IMG/VR virus record: IMGVR_UViG_3300010373_000007
Location: 1 to 64,000 of that record
Strand: one strand, 5' to 3'
Length of the DNA stretch: 64,000 nt
Source: a virus
Below are positions 9,123 to 18,285 of the stretch, piece after piece; position 1 is the stretch's first letter; every line of letters starts with the position of its first letter. The position numbers and the translations under genes are program-made. Below the pieces are notes generated by a model, which did no database searches, was not told the origin of the DNA, and saw only the letters and a list, made by a program, of their open reading frames with translations.

Positions 9123-10102
9123 AAGATCCCACCGGGATAGATCGACTGGCAGTAGCGGACCGCTCCGAACGCGAACTCCTGCGCAGCGGCTCCCGCGTTG
9201 GGGGTCACGGAGAACGCGGGCACGACGTTGACGTTGACGGGTAGATCGACGGTGATGTTCGACACGACCGCCTCGTTGATCAGGAACAGGGCCCGCGCGG
9301 TTCCCGCATCGTCGCGATTCGCCCCCACGAGGATCACGCGACAGCGGTAGACGGTGTTGGCCGTCGCGGTGATCCCGCTGCTGGACGTGTGCGTGACAGA
9401 ACCCACGGCGGTCCGGCATTGCCACTGCGGGAAGGTGTTGTCCTTGTAGAAGTAGGCGCCGTTCCCCGTGTCGGGGGAATTTCCAGCTCCGGCGAAGCCG
9501 AACGCGTAGGTGATGTTGGCGAAGCCATCGGCGAAGACTGGGAAATCGACCGACGCCAGCGTGTCGTCTGTGAAGATCAACCCGGCCGAATCGGGATCGA
9601 GATTCATGCTCACGGAGTCGTTGGCCACGATCCCGGTAGCGAATCGAATCGCCCTCTGCTGGACGAATGGGTTGCCGGCCACGAATCCGGCGCCTGGGGG
9701 GGGGTTGTCGATGGCCCCGGTGGTCCCGCCGAGCGCCTGGTGCCACCTCCCGACTTGGCGATTGCCCGGACCAGCGCCGTACACGTACTGCAAGCTGTGA
9801 TCCCAGTTCTCCGTCCAACCATAGGTTGAAGTGCGCGAGAGGCCGAAGTGATCGTATCCAGAGATCGGTTGCCCCAGGGCATTCTCGTAGGCGATGAGGT
9901 TCTGGGTCCACTGGCTGGCGTTGGCGAATGGTGCCTGGAAATACGCCTCAAAGTCGACCGCAACCTTCGCCATCTGGGCCACCGATGCGGCGATGAGCGG
10001 ATCGCCGTCTGCGGGCAGCGTGGCTTTGGGCGGCGTGCCGTCGACCGGCGGGTCGCTCGGTGCCTGCGTTGCGGTCGGGTCAGCGGTGTACGTCGTGGCC
10101 AT
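9119..10102 (-). CDS. tail fibre / receptor-binding protein (by position)
   Basis: 327 aa immediately after the gpI-like gene (P2/Mu order J-I-fibre). SD TAGGAG upstream. Pro/Thr-rich N-terminus, no signal peptide, beta-rich C-terminus. Confidence 0.65.
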   Translation of the reverse strand: MATTYTADPTATQAPSDPPVDGTPPKATLPADGDPLIAASVAQMAKVAVDFEAYFQAPFANASQWTQNLIAYENALGQPISGYDHFGLSRTSTYGWTENWDHSLQYVYGAGPGNRQVGRWHQALGGTTGAIDNPPPGAGFVAGNPFVQQRAIRFATGIVANDSVSMNLDPDSAGLIFTDDTLASVDFPVFADGFANITYAFGFAGAGNSPDTGNGAYFYKDNTFPQWQCRTAVGSVTHTSSSGITATANTVYRCRVILVGANRDDAGTARALFLINEAVVSNITVDLPVNVNVVPAFSVTPNAGAAAQEFAFGAVRYCQSIYPGGIF

Positions 10103-10116
10103 GATCTGCTCCTATC

Positions 10117-11040
10117 CTACTGCGGCGGGATGAATGTGGTCGAGCCCCCACCCCAGGTGAGGCCGAGATCGCCCCACTTGGTGCCGACGGGCCAGCCCCA
10201 GGTCGGGCCGCTGTTGATGATCCAGCAGCCCATGTAGCGCGCCTTTCCGGGCTTCCAGAGGCGCACGAGGCCGTTCAGGACGGAGGCCAGCTGGCTTCCG
10301 GGCGTCAGGCCGGACACCGTGGCGCCGAACAAGATCCCGAACTGGTTCCAGAGCCGCGGGTCGGAGCCATCAAACGTCCACAGGGGATGCGTCCCGTAGA
10401 CCGGCGTCCCGCCCGAGGCCGTCAGCCACGAGTAGCGTTGCCACCGCTGGATGACGTGGGCCCCGCTCGGATCTCCCATCGGGAACCCGGCGCGATCGAG
10501 CGCGTAGAGCAGCGAGGCGTGCGACCCGGCCGGCAGCCAACCGTGGTCGTCGGTCCAGCAGACCTGGAGGCGCGCGGCCAACGCGGCGTCCAACTCGCCG
10601 GTGGCGCGCGGGAGCTGCCGCTCGGACGCGATGAGGTCGAGGGCATCCGACGGCCCGAGCCCTGGGAGGTTGGCGAGCAGCGCCTGGCGCGCGCGCTCGA
10701 AGGCGGTGTCCTTCTCGGCGCCCAGGTCGTTCTCCCACGTCGGGCCCGTGTTGTTGCGGGTCCAGGGAGGCCCGATGGTCAGCTGGTACTGCTGGTACAT
10801 CCCCTGCGTCACGTGCACCAGGGCCGTCGCCGTCGAGAGCACCGAGTCGGTCACGGTGACCTGGTCGGGGCAGAGCCCGCGCGGGCCGGCCTGGTAGATG
10901 CCGGTGGTCGGGTCGATCGAGCCCCCGGATCGGTTCGACGAAATCGAGAAGACGTAGGGCCCCGTGCCGCCCGCGGCGGCGAAGTTCGCGCGGCCGTTCG
11001 GCTTCACGAAGACGGAGGTCGGGGAGATCGAGAGCGCCAT
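10117..11040 (-). CDS. baseplate/tail protein, P2 gpI / Mu gp48 position
   Basis: Start at M166 of the track ORF (ATG 11040, TGATG overlap with the upstream stop). MALSISPTSVFVKPNG..GGTGPYVFSI, then DALDLIASERQLPRATGE. The upstream 165 aa of the track ORF are Arg/Gly shadow. Confidence 0.7.
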   Translation of the reverse strand: MALSISPTSVFVKPNGRANFAAAGGTGPYVFSISSNRSGGSIDPTTGIYQAGPRGLCPDQVTVTDSVLSTATALVHVTQGMYQQYQLTIGPPWTRNNTGPTWENDLGAEKDTAFERARQALLANLPGLGPSDALDLIASERQLPRATGELDAALAARLQVCWTDDHGWLPAGSHASLLYALDRAGFPMGDPSGAHVIQRWQRYSWLTASGGTPVYGTHPLWTFDGSDPRLWNQFGILFGATVSGLTPGSQLASVLNGLVRLWKPGKARYMGCWIINSGPTWGWPVGTKWGDLGLTWGGGSTTFIPPQ

Positions 11041-13748
11041 CAGGTCGCCACCCAGGTGAGGCCCGCCGTCAGGCTCGTGCCGACGATTGGGACGTGGCTG
11101 CTCGGGAGCGCGATGTTGCCGTCGCCGCCGGCGCCGGTCAGGGCCTCGCCAGTGAAGTTCGAGGCCGGGTCCGCCGCGATCGCGTCGCCGATGATCTGGC
11201 GCAGCGCCTGGAGGTAGACCTTCGATCCGATCTGCACGCCGGCGAGGTACGCCGTCCAGGCCGCGTCCGCCTGTGTCTGGGCCTGCGCCAGGAGTGCCAG
11301 CCGCACCGTCACGGTCCCGGTCGCCGAGATCGACTGGTTCGTGGAGTTCTGCGTGGTGTTGTAGTCGGTGATCGGGCTCAGCTTGTCGAACGCGGCCTGG
11401 ACCGCCGTGACCGTCCCGCCGGCGACGGCGCCGCCCGCGTTGGCCAGGGTTGTGACGACCCCGCCCGGGGTGACGGCATCGGGGTCCATCCGGAAGCGGG
11501 TGACGAGCGGCGGCGGCGCGGCGGCGAGCGCCCACATGATGAGCCGATCCTGGACGGGGACCGCCGTTAGGTCGGGCCAGGCGTCGTCGATCGCGGCGGT
11601 GACGTCCGCGTCGCTATCGCCGCCGGCGCCGAAGGTCGCGATCGCGGCGGCCTGGACGACCACCCCGGGGAGACCAGAGTCGAGCGAGGCGACGAGCCCG
11701 CGCGCGGTTCCGGTGGTCTCGGCGGTCATGGTGACCGAGATCGACGAGTTCGTCCCCAGCAGGGCGGCTCCGGCGGTGACGTCGTAGCGCACCCCGTCGG
11801 ACGAGAGCCCGACGACCGATGCGACCTGCGCCGCGGAGTATGGGCCGTGCCAGGGGTCGCAGAACAGGGTGACGTTCTGGGTCGCGGCCGCGGCGGCGGC
11901 GCGCGTCTTGTCGTACCAGTAGAGCGCGATCCGGGTGAGGCTCGTCCCGGTGGCGGTGTCGGGGTAGCCGTTGTCGGCCAGCTTCTGCATCGCCAGGCCG
12001 CAGAGCGAGTAGATGACCTGGCTCTCCAGCTCCCAGTAGGTCCGCAGGGCCGCGTTGCTCTCCCAGTCGGTGATCTCGTTGGCAGGGATCGAGATGTAGG
12101 CGAGGAGGAACGCCTTGAAGTCGGCCAGCCCGAGGGCCGGGATCAGGTCGGAGATCGACTGCGGGTCGGCGGCGAACGGCGACCCCGGCGCCGGCGCGGG
12201 CGGCGCGGGCGGCGCGGCGGTACCCGCCTGGGCGGGTTGCCAGGAGAGGCCCGCCAGGAGGGTGTAGCCGGCGGCCTGGGCCGGCGCGCTCCCGGCCGGA
12301 ACCGCGAGGTCGGCGGCAACGCCGTTCAGCGTGAGGCCCTGGACGTCGACCGCCCCGAGGTCGCCCAGGATCCGGTAGAAGACCTCCATCTCGACGATCC
12401 CGGAGCCGTCGATCGGGATCGTCGCCAGGTACTCCTCCCACTGCTCGTCGGCGACCGCCTGCGCCGCCGCCAGCTGGTTGGCGGGGATCGTGATGGTCGC
12501 CGCCGCCGTGATGCCAAGGACGGTCGCGGACAGGGCGGTCACCATCTCCGCGGGCGATGTGCTGCCTGGGACAGACGGCGACGCGGGGGCCGGGACGCCG
12601 ACGAACCCGGCGAGCTTGGGCTGGACGAAGTCCTCGATCGCCGCCTGGGCCGAGGGCGTCGCCGCGCCCGCCGCGCTCGCGACGGTGACGAGCATCCCGC
12701 CCGGTACGCTCGGATCGGCGTCCGTCCAGACTCGGAGGACCTCCGGCGCGGCGGTGCGCGCCCACAGTTCTACCGCGCCCGCCGTGGGGATCGCCGACAG
12801 CGCCGGCCAGCGCATCTTGCAGCGGCGCCGGAACAGGGGATCGCTCTCGGCGTCCGTCCCGTGGGCCAGGAAGGAGGATCCCGCCCGGATCGTGAAGAAC
12901 GACCCCTGGACGAAGCTCGTGGTCGCGCCGGGGCCGTTCGTGAACGCCAGCCGCGCGCCGCCGCCAGGCAGGACCATCGTCGGCGGGATGACTCCGCGCC
13001 CCACCCAGGTTAGGCCGCCGTCGATCGAGACCGAGAAGGCCCCCGATCCGACGTTGCCAGAGGCGTCGATCCGGATGCGGATGACGTCAGGGGTCGTCCC
13101 CGGCCACGACCCGGCCGCGACGGTGCCTGGCGAGGACCCGACCTGGCGCGCCGGCAGGAAGTCGCTCGGCTGGACGTTGGTGACGGTCACGCCGGCCACC
13201 GATGTCACCAGTTGCGTCACCGTGCCGGGCGGGTCGAGATAGGAGGCGCCCGCGGTCGCGGCGGCGAACGGGGCCATCGGCGCCGTATTGGGAGCCAGCG
13301 TCATGCTCTGGCCCGCTGGGAGCGACAACACGTAGCGGTTGCCGGTCGCCGGTGAGCGAACGGTGAGCTGCCCGTCCGTGAACGACTGCGCCGAGGAGTT
13401 CGGGCCGCAGATGAACTGCATGTTCTGGACGGTCTTCGTCGCGCCGTACTTGGTGAGCCGGTAGAACTTCTTCCCGAGGTAGGACAGGAAGTAGCCGGTA
13501 TCGGCGGAATCGGTCGCGGTCTCGATGAGCCGCCCCATGCAGAGGGCGGCGATCCGGGCGGCGGCAAGTTGGGCGAGCGCGCCCGAGACCATGTCGAGGC
13601 GCAGGTTCTCCGAGCCGCCCGCGCTCGACGGCACCCACGAGGACGCCGGCAGGCCATCGGCCGTCAGCGCGGTGACGAGGCGCGCGCGGATCGTCGCTTG
13701 GGTCTCGGGCGTCGACAGATCGGCGAAACTGTAGGGGCTGTTTCCCAC
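11040..13748 (-). CDS. baseplate J-like protein with two tandem J modules
   Basis: 902 aa, GTG start. Module 1: FLSYLGKKFYRLTKYGATKTVQNMQFIC .. ESDPLFRRRCKMRWPALS..LRVWTD..PGGMLVTV. Module 2: LTRIALYWYDKTRAAAAAATQNVTLFCDP .. DSDADVTAAIDDAWPDLT..VTRFRMD..PGGVVTTL. The two are joined by a P/A-rich linker. Confidence 0.8.
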   Translation of the reverse strand: MGNSPYSFADLSTPETQATIRARLVTALTADGLPASSWVPSSAGGSENLRLDMVSGALAQLAAARIAALCMGRLIETATDSADTGYFLSYLGKKFYRLTKYGATKTVQNMQFICGPNSSAQSFTDGQLTVRSPATGNRYVLSLPAGQSMTLAPNTAPMAPFAAATAGASYLDPPGTVTQLVTSVAGVTVTNVQPSDFLPARQVGSSPGTVAAGSWPGTTPDVIRIRIDASGNVGSGAFSVSIDGGLTWVGRGVIPPTMVLPGGGARLAFTNGPGATTSFVQGSFFTIRAGSSFLAHGTDAESDPLFRRRCKMRWPALSAIPTAGAVELWARTAAPEVLRVWTDADPSVPGGMLVTVASAAGAATPSAQAAIEDFVQPKLAGFVGVPAPASPSVPGSTSPAEMVTALSATVLGITAAATITIPANQLAAAQAVADEQWEEYLATIPIDGSGIVEMEVFYRILGDLGAVDVQGLTLNGVAADLAVPAGSAPAQAAGYTLLAGLSWQPAQAGTAAPPAPPAPAPGSPFAADPQSISDLIPALGLADFKAFLLAYISIPANEITDWESNAALRTYWELESQVIYSLCGLAMQKLADNGYPDTATGTSLTRIALYWYDKTRAAAAAATQNVTLFCDPWHGPYSAAQVASVVGLSSDGVRYDVTAGAALLGTNSSISVTMTAETTGTARGLVASLDSGLPGVVVQAAAIATFGAGGDSDADVTAAIDDAWPDLTAVPVQDRLIMWALAAAPPPLVTRFRMDPDAVTPGGVVTTLANAGGAVAGGTVTAVQAAFDKLSPITDYNTTQNSTNQSISATGTVTVRLALLAQAQTQADAAWTAYLAGVQIGSKVYLQALRQIIGDAIAADPASNFTGEALTGAGGDGNIALPSSHVPIVGTSLTAGLTWVAT

Positions 13749-13752
13749 GTCC

Positions 13753-14676
13753 TCACCGGATGGTAAGCGCCCTGTCGTCCGAGATCACGGCCTTCTCGGG
13801 TGCCGTCCCGGTCTGGGCCGTCACCGTGAGGTACTTCGTCCCCGTCGGGTTGGAGATCGTCGCCGCGAGCGACAGGCGCGTTGGCGTCCCGCTCGCCGTT
13901 GTCACGGGAGATCCGACCACCGATCCGTCCGCGTTCCCCTTCGTCCCGCCGACGCGGACGCGGTATGTCCCGGTCGCGCCGCCGGTAGTGTAGAAGTCGG
14001 CGATCAACTCGATGGTGATCGTCGCCGGGAGCGAGTCGAAGTCGATCCAGAACTGGTCGACGACACTCTCCGTCCCGGTATCGTCGTAACCCTCGCTGGT
14101 AGCCAGACGGCTCGTCCACTGCGGCGTCCCGCTGGCGCCGGCGCTTCCCTTCTCGCCCTGGGGGCCAGCGGAACCTGCCGGCCCGACGACAAGCTGGACG
14201 CCGGGGGCGGCGGGCGTGCCGCTGGTCGCGGCCTGGAGGCTCACGCCGTCGATCTGGAACAGCGCCACGGTGGCGTTCTGGGCGAGCATCACCAGCGAGA
14301 AGGTCTGCCCGGTGACCAGCGTCTCCTCGATCCTGATGGTGCAGGCGCCGGAGGTCGGATCGTAGGTGAGCTTGACCGCGCAGCTGGAGACCCGCTCGTC
14401 GTCCTCGATCGCGTGCCCGATGTTCGCCTCCCAGACGGCCAGGTCGCGGGTGACGACGATCGTCTGGTTGAGCAGGTCGAAGATGTCGCAGGAGACGTAG
14501 TTGGGGTCGTACCAGAGGCCGCCCGGCGGGGTTGTGATCCGGCGGATGTGCGCGTTGCCGAGGTTGCGCAGTCCCGTCGCCTGACCCCAGACGGGTCCGG
14601 GACCGTTGTTGTCGACGTCCAGATCGGTCCCGTAGATCGACGGGTCGAACGGAGGAGGGACGAGGGCGGCGGTCAC
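13753..14676 (-). CDS. baseplate wedge gp25/gpW-like domain fused to a collagen-like segment and a beta-rich C-terminal domain
   Basis: Start moved to GTG 14676 (GTGA overlap with the upstream stop; the track ATG 14736 would overlap by 64 nt). IFDLLNQTIVVTRDLAVWEANIGHAIEDDERV is gp25-like. GPAGSAGPQGEKGSAGASG lies at 14128..14184. Confidence 0.7.
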   Translation of the reverse strand: MTAALVPPPFDPSIYGTDLDVDNNGPGPVWGQATGLRNLGNAHIRRITTPPGGLWYDPNYVSCDIFDLLNQTIVVTRDLAVWEANIGHAIEDDERVSSCAVKLTYDPTSGACTIRIEETLVTGQTFSLVMLAQNATVALFQIDGVSLQAATSGTPAAPGVQLVVGPAGSAGPQGEKGSAGASGTPQWTSRLATSEGYDDTGTESVVDQFWIDFDSLPATITIELIADFYTTGGATGTYRVRVGGTKGNADGSVVGSPVTTASGTPTRLSLAATISNPTGTKYLTVTAQTGTAPEKAVISDDRALTIR

Positions 14677-15893
14677 GGGGCGATTCTCACCTTGGTCGAA
14701 AGGAAGAGGTTGGCTCCAGCGCTGCTTGATGCCCATCCTGCCATCAGGCTGGCCAGGGTGGTGAAGAACTGGATCGCCCCAGGATCAACGGTCGGGACAG
14801 CGAGCGCAGCGGTCGCGGCGGCACCGATGGCGGCAAACAGCGTGTCCTCGGCCCCGCGATAGGGCGCCCCGACCACCGCTGGCGGCGCAACGGCGTCGCC
14901 CAGCAGGAGCTGCGACAGGACCTTGATGACGCGAGTGGTCGGCACGGCGTCGCCCGTGAACCCCATCGCGTAGCGCCGCGAGGGATCACCCGCCCAGCCC
15001 ACCGCCACCTTGCCTCCCTGCACGCCGTCCACGGCGTCCCCCGCCTGCGCCAGGAGCGGCACGGAGGCGACCTGCGGGACGCCAGGGACGTCCGGGCTTC
15101 CATCCACCGATCCGCCCGCCTGGGCGACCACGCTGGCCAGGTACAGGAAGCGGTAGTCGATCCCGGCGGGTGTGGCCCGGACCAGCGCCCGGAACGCCGC
15201 CACCAGCCTGTCTTCCCGCGGAGAGGGGCGGGAGAACCAGACCTGCGTCCGCATGGGCCCCTCGTGGGGGATGTCATCCTGGACGGTGTCTACCTGCCCG
15301 CCCTCGAAGGTCGTCGCCACGAGGGCCACGGGGGCGTCTAGGGCCACCTCCAGCGCGTTGTTCTCGATCCAGCGGTGCGTGACCTCGTACGTCGCGGGCT
15401 GGAGGCTGGAGGCCGGGAAGGCATCCGTCCCCACCCAGACCGTCCCGTCGTCCAGGACGCGCCAGGCGGCGCCAGGCGCGCCGGCGGCGAGCACCTCAGA
15501 GATCAGCTCCCCCACGGGCCTGGCGGTCGTCGTCCAGGCCGGCAGGTCCGCCCCGAGCACCCCCGCGTCGGCCGTTCCCGAGAGCTTCTCCCCCGCGGCG
15601 CCCAGGAGGTCGCCCAGAACCTGACCCACGCTCGGCGCGGTGTAGTCCTGGGGACTGGCCAGAGTCCCCATCCCGCCCGCGCCGGCCAGGATCTGGAGTT
15701 GGTTGACCCCCACGAACTGTCCGCCGCGGACGACGGTGCCCGTCATCGTGCGCGCGCCAAAGACGACCGTGACCGGTCCGGGGCCGATCTGGGTAGGATC
15801 GTCCACGCGGCAATCGAGCTGCCACACGCCCTGACGCGGACTGACCAGCCGCGCGGAGTAGGCCGCCAGGCCGTTGACCGTGACCAGGGACAT
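14673..15893 (-). CDS. baseplate hub/spike-complex protein (P2 gpD / Mu gp44-45 position)
   Basis: 406-aa ORF between the post-tape-measure gene and the wedge gene. No motif recognised with certainty; call is by position. Confidence 0.65.
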   Translation of the reverse strand: MSLVTVNGLAAYSARLVSPRQGVWQLDCRVDDPTQIGPGPVTVVFGARTMTGTVVRGGQFVGVNQLQILAGAGGMGTLASPQDYTAPSVGQVLGDLLGAAGEKLSGTADAGVLGADLPAWTTTARPVGELISEVLAAGAPGAAWRVLDDGTVWVGTDAFPASSLQPATYEVTHRWIENNALEVALDAPVALVATTFEGGQVDTVQDDIPHEGPMRTQVWFSRPSPREDRLVAAFRALVRATPAGIDYRFLYLASVVAQAGGSVDGSPDVPGVPQVASVPLLAQAGDAVDGVQGGKVAVGWAGDPSRRYAMGFTGDAVPTTRVIKVLSQLLLGDAVAPPAVVGAPYRGAEDTLFAAIGAAATAALAVPTVDPGAIQFFTTLASLMAGWASSSAGANLFLSTKVRIAP

Positions 15894-16529
15894 CTACTGC
15901 GCCCCGCCCGCGGCCGCAGAGAGCTTGGGCCCGTCCAGAGTCATGTTGGAGTCGACCGTGCTGGGCTCGGGCTGCGGTGCGTTGAGCGCAGCGCTCGCCG
16001 GCTGGCGCGAGTCCTCGGGCGGCAGGGCGCCGGCCGCCTGGAGGGCCTTGACCGGGCGCTGCTTGACCTCCTCGTGGAACTGGATCCGGAAGTTCTTCGC
16101 CCCCTCGACGTCGCTGGTCTCGGCCAGCGGCCACCCGATGATCACGCCCTGATAGACGCGCAGGCGGTTCAGGTCCGGGTGGCGAACCAGCACCGTCGCC
16201 GCCGGCGGCTTGGCGGCCTTGCCGGGGCCGGCCCAGTACTTGTCTCCCAGGTCGCAGAACACGTCCCATTGTTCGGGTGTGGCGATCCGAACGACGACGT
16301 CGAACTCCTTGGGATCGTAGCCGAGGATGCGGATCCGCTTCCCCGAAGAGTTCTTCCCCTTGGTGGCCTCCACCTCCAGCGCCGCGACGCCCTTGTTCTG
16401 GACCTCGCACTTCCCTGGGACGCGGTCGTTGTTGATGTAGAACGTGTCCCACGGGTCGGGGTAGTAGAGGAGATCCTCGTTCGGAACCGTCCCCGCGGCG
16501 TTGAGCCCCCAGAATGGCTGCCTAGGCAC
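15894..16529 (-). CDS. tail/baseplate protein following the tape measure
   Basis: 211 aa. 8-nt overlap with the tape-measure stop, and directly abuts the next gene. Function by position only. Confidence 0.6.
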   Translation of the reverse strand: MPRQPFWGLNAAGTVPNEDLLYYPDPWDTFYINNDRVPGKCEVQNKGVAALEVEATKGKNSSGKRIRILGYDPKEFDVVVRIATPEQWDVFCDLGDKYWAGPGKAAKPPAATVLVRHPDLNRLRVYQGVIIGWPLAETSDVEGAKNFRIQFHEEVKQRPVKALQAAGALPPEDSRQPASAALNAPQPEPSTVDSNMTLDGPKLSAAAGGAQ

Positions 16530-18285
16530 CGGTCGACCCTCCCTGCGCGTTCAGCGCCTGCTCCAGGAGCGAGATCAGCGTGGCGCGGTCGACCGAGCGC
16601 GTGAAGGCGTCGGCGGCGCGCTTTCCCTGCTCCGCGCCGTCTTTGCCGCCAGAGACGTGGATCACCGGGGCCAGCGTGAGCTGAACGGTGCGGCTGCCGC
16701 CGCCCGCCGGCGCGGCGCCCGCCGGGACGCGCAGGGCGCGCTCAATGCTGTTGCCGATGCCGCCGGCGGCGCCGTCCATGCCGCGGATGAACCCGGCGGC
16801 CGACATCTCGCCGATGTCCTCGAAGACGGTGGAGGGGCTCTTGACGCCCAGTTCCTTCTTCGCCGACCCATGCACGTGGCGCGCAAGCCCCACGGCGGCG
16901 TCGCCGGCGGCGGCGGTGGAGGCCTTGATCCCCGCCGTCATGCCGGCTCCGACTTGCTTGCCGACATCGAACGACGCCGCGTTCAGGCTGTTGACCCCGG
17001 CGTCCCCGGTCGACGCGCCGCCGGCCTTCGCCGCGCGCATCTGGCGGAGCACCTCGCGCTGGTGAGCGTACTTCACGTCCAGCGCCTTCTCCTGCGCTGA
17101 GAGCGGGACCGACTTGGCGTTGATGGCGCCGCCCGGGATCAATTCCGTGATCCGCTCGATGGCCGACACCCACCCCTTAAAGGTGTCCCAGATCGCCCCG
17201 ACCATCGACGAGACGGTCTTGAGAGCGGGGACGACCAGGTCGAGCCCCTTGGAAAGGTCCTCGGCGATCGATCCGAAGTCGATCCCGCCGACCAGGTCGG
17301 ACACCTTCTCGAAGGCCCCCTCCAGCGCGCCGAAGATGCGCTTGCCGGTCGGGCTCTCCGGGTCGAGCTTGGTCAGGATCCCGTCGAGCGCGTTGGAGAG
17401 CGTCCCGACCGCCTTGGTATCTGCCAGCTTCTTGAAGAACCGTTCGGGCAGCTCCTGGAGCTTCTGGAGCTTCGTGCCGAGCAGGTCGACGTTGTCGGCG
17501 GAGCGCTGGCCCAGCTTCGTCTCGTGCGCGCGCGCCATGATCAGCTTGAAGAGATCGTTCTGGTTGAAGGATCCCTTCTCCAACACGCTGTTGAGCTGCG
17601 TGACGTTCATGTGCTTGTAGCGGTCGATCGTCCGCAGATCGTTGACGCCGACCCCGAGCGGCATCAGGGACCGCGCCTGCACGCGCCCCATGATCTGGAT
17701 TCGCGAGAACGCGGCGAGCGCCGTCTGATACGCCTCGTCCTTGTCCGCACTCACCGCGGCGACGTCGGCGGCGGCCTTCATGAACAGGCCGGCCTGCTGC
17801 TGGCCGATCCCCACCTTCTTGAGGTCGATGTAGGCCCGCTCGTTCATCTCCTCGGTGAACTCCGAGGTCTTGGAGAACTGCTCGATCCACTTGCGGGTGG
17901 CCTCGCCCATCTCCTTCCCGCCGGCGGCGATGTTGATGACGCGGTTGATCCGCTCGGCCTTGGCGGCGGTCCGGACGGCCTCCTCGCCGATCTCGAATAG
18001 CTTCTCGCCGATCTTCTTGAGCACCTCCAGCGCGGCCTCGGCGCCGATGAACTCCAGGAACTCGCCCGTCTTGGCGCGCGCCTCGCCGGCGGCGAGCGAG
18101 ATGTGGTGGAACCCCGCGGCGTTGAGCGTGAGGACGCGCCCCATCCGCTGCATGAGGCTCATGTGCTTGGCGCCCGCGGCCTCGGCGTGCTTGAGGCCCG
18201 TCTCCAGCTTGCCGACCTCGGCGGCCGCGCTCTTGACCTGCCCCGTCGGGACGTCGATCGGGATCCGCCACTTCAATTCAGGCAC
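16522..18285 (-). CDS. tail tape measure protein
   Basis: 587 aa, Ala/Glu/Lys-rich, helical, no Cys. Directly downstream of the G/G-T chaperone pair (the G-T extension overlaps its start by 8 nt). Typical TMP-like segment AFSRIQIMGRVQARSLMPLGVGVNDL. Confidence 0.85.
   Translation of the reverse strand: MPELKWRIPIDVPTGQVKSAAAEVGKLETGLKHAEAAGAKHMSLMQRMGRVLTLNAAGFHHISLAAGEARAKTGEFLEFIGAEAALEVLKKIGEKLFEIGEEAVRTAAKAERINRVINIAAGGKEMGEATRKWIEQFSKTSEFTEEMNERAYIDLKKVGIGQQQAGLFMKAAADVAAVSADKDEAYQTALAAFSRIQIMGRVQARSLMPLGVGVNDLRTIDRYKHMNVTQLNSVLEKGSFNQNDLFKLIMARAHETKLGQRSADNVDLLGTKLQKLQELPERFFKKLADTKAVGTLSNALDGILTKLDPESPTGKRIFGALEGAFEKVSDLVGGIDFGSIAEDLSKGLDLVVPALKTVSSMVGAIWDTFKGWVSAIERITELIPGGAINAKSVPLSAQEKALDVKYAHQREVLRQMRAAKAGGASTGDAGVNSLNAASFDVGKQVGAGMTAGIKASTAAAGDAAVGLARHVHGSAKKELGVKSPSTVFEDIGEMSAAGFIRGMDGAAGGIGNSIERALRVPAGAAPAGGGSRTVQLTLAPVIHVSGGKDGAEQGKRAADAFTRSVDRATLISLLEQALNAQGGSTGA

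Noticed and set aside
9119-10102. Diversity-generating retroelement targeting the fibre gene (the head module resembles that of DGR-carrying phages).
   Set aside because: No reverse-transcriptase motif (YxDD) appears in any ORF of the window. I could not see a template-repeat copy of the fibre 3' end nearby.
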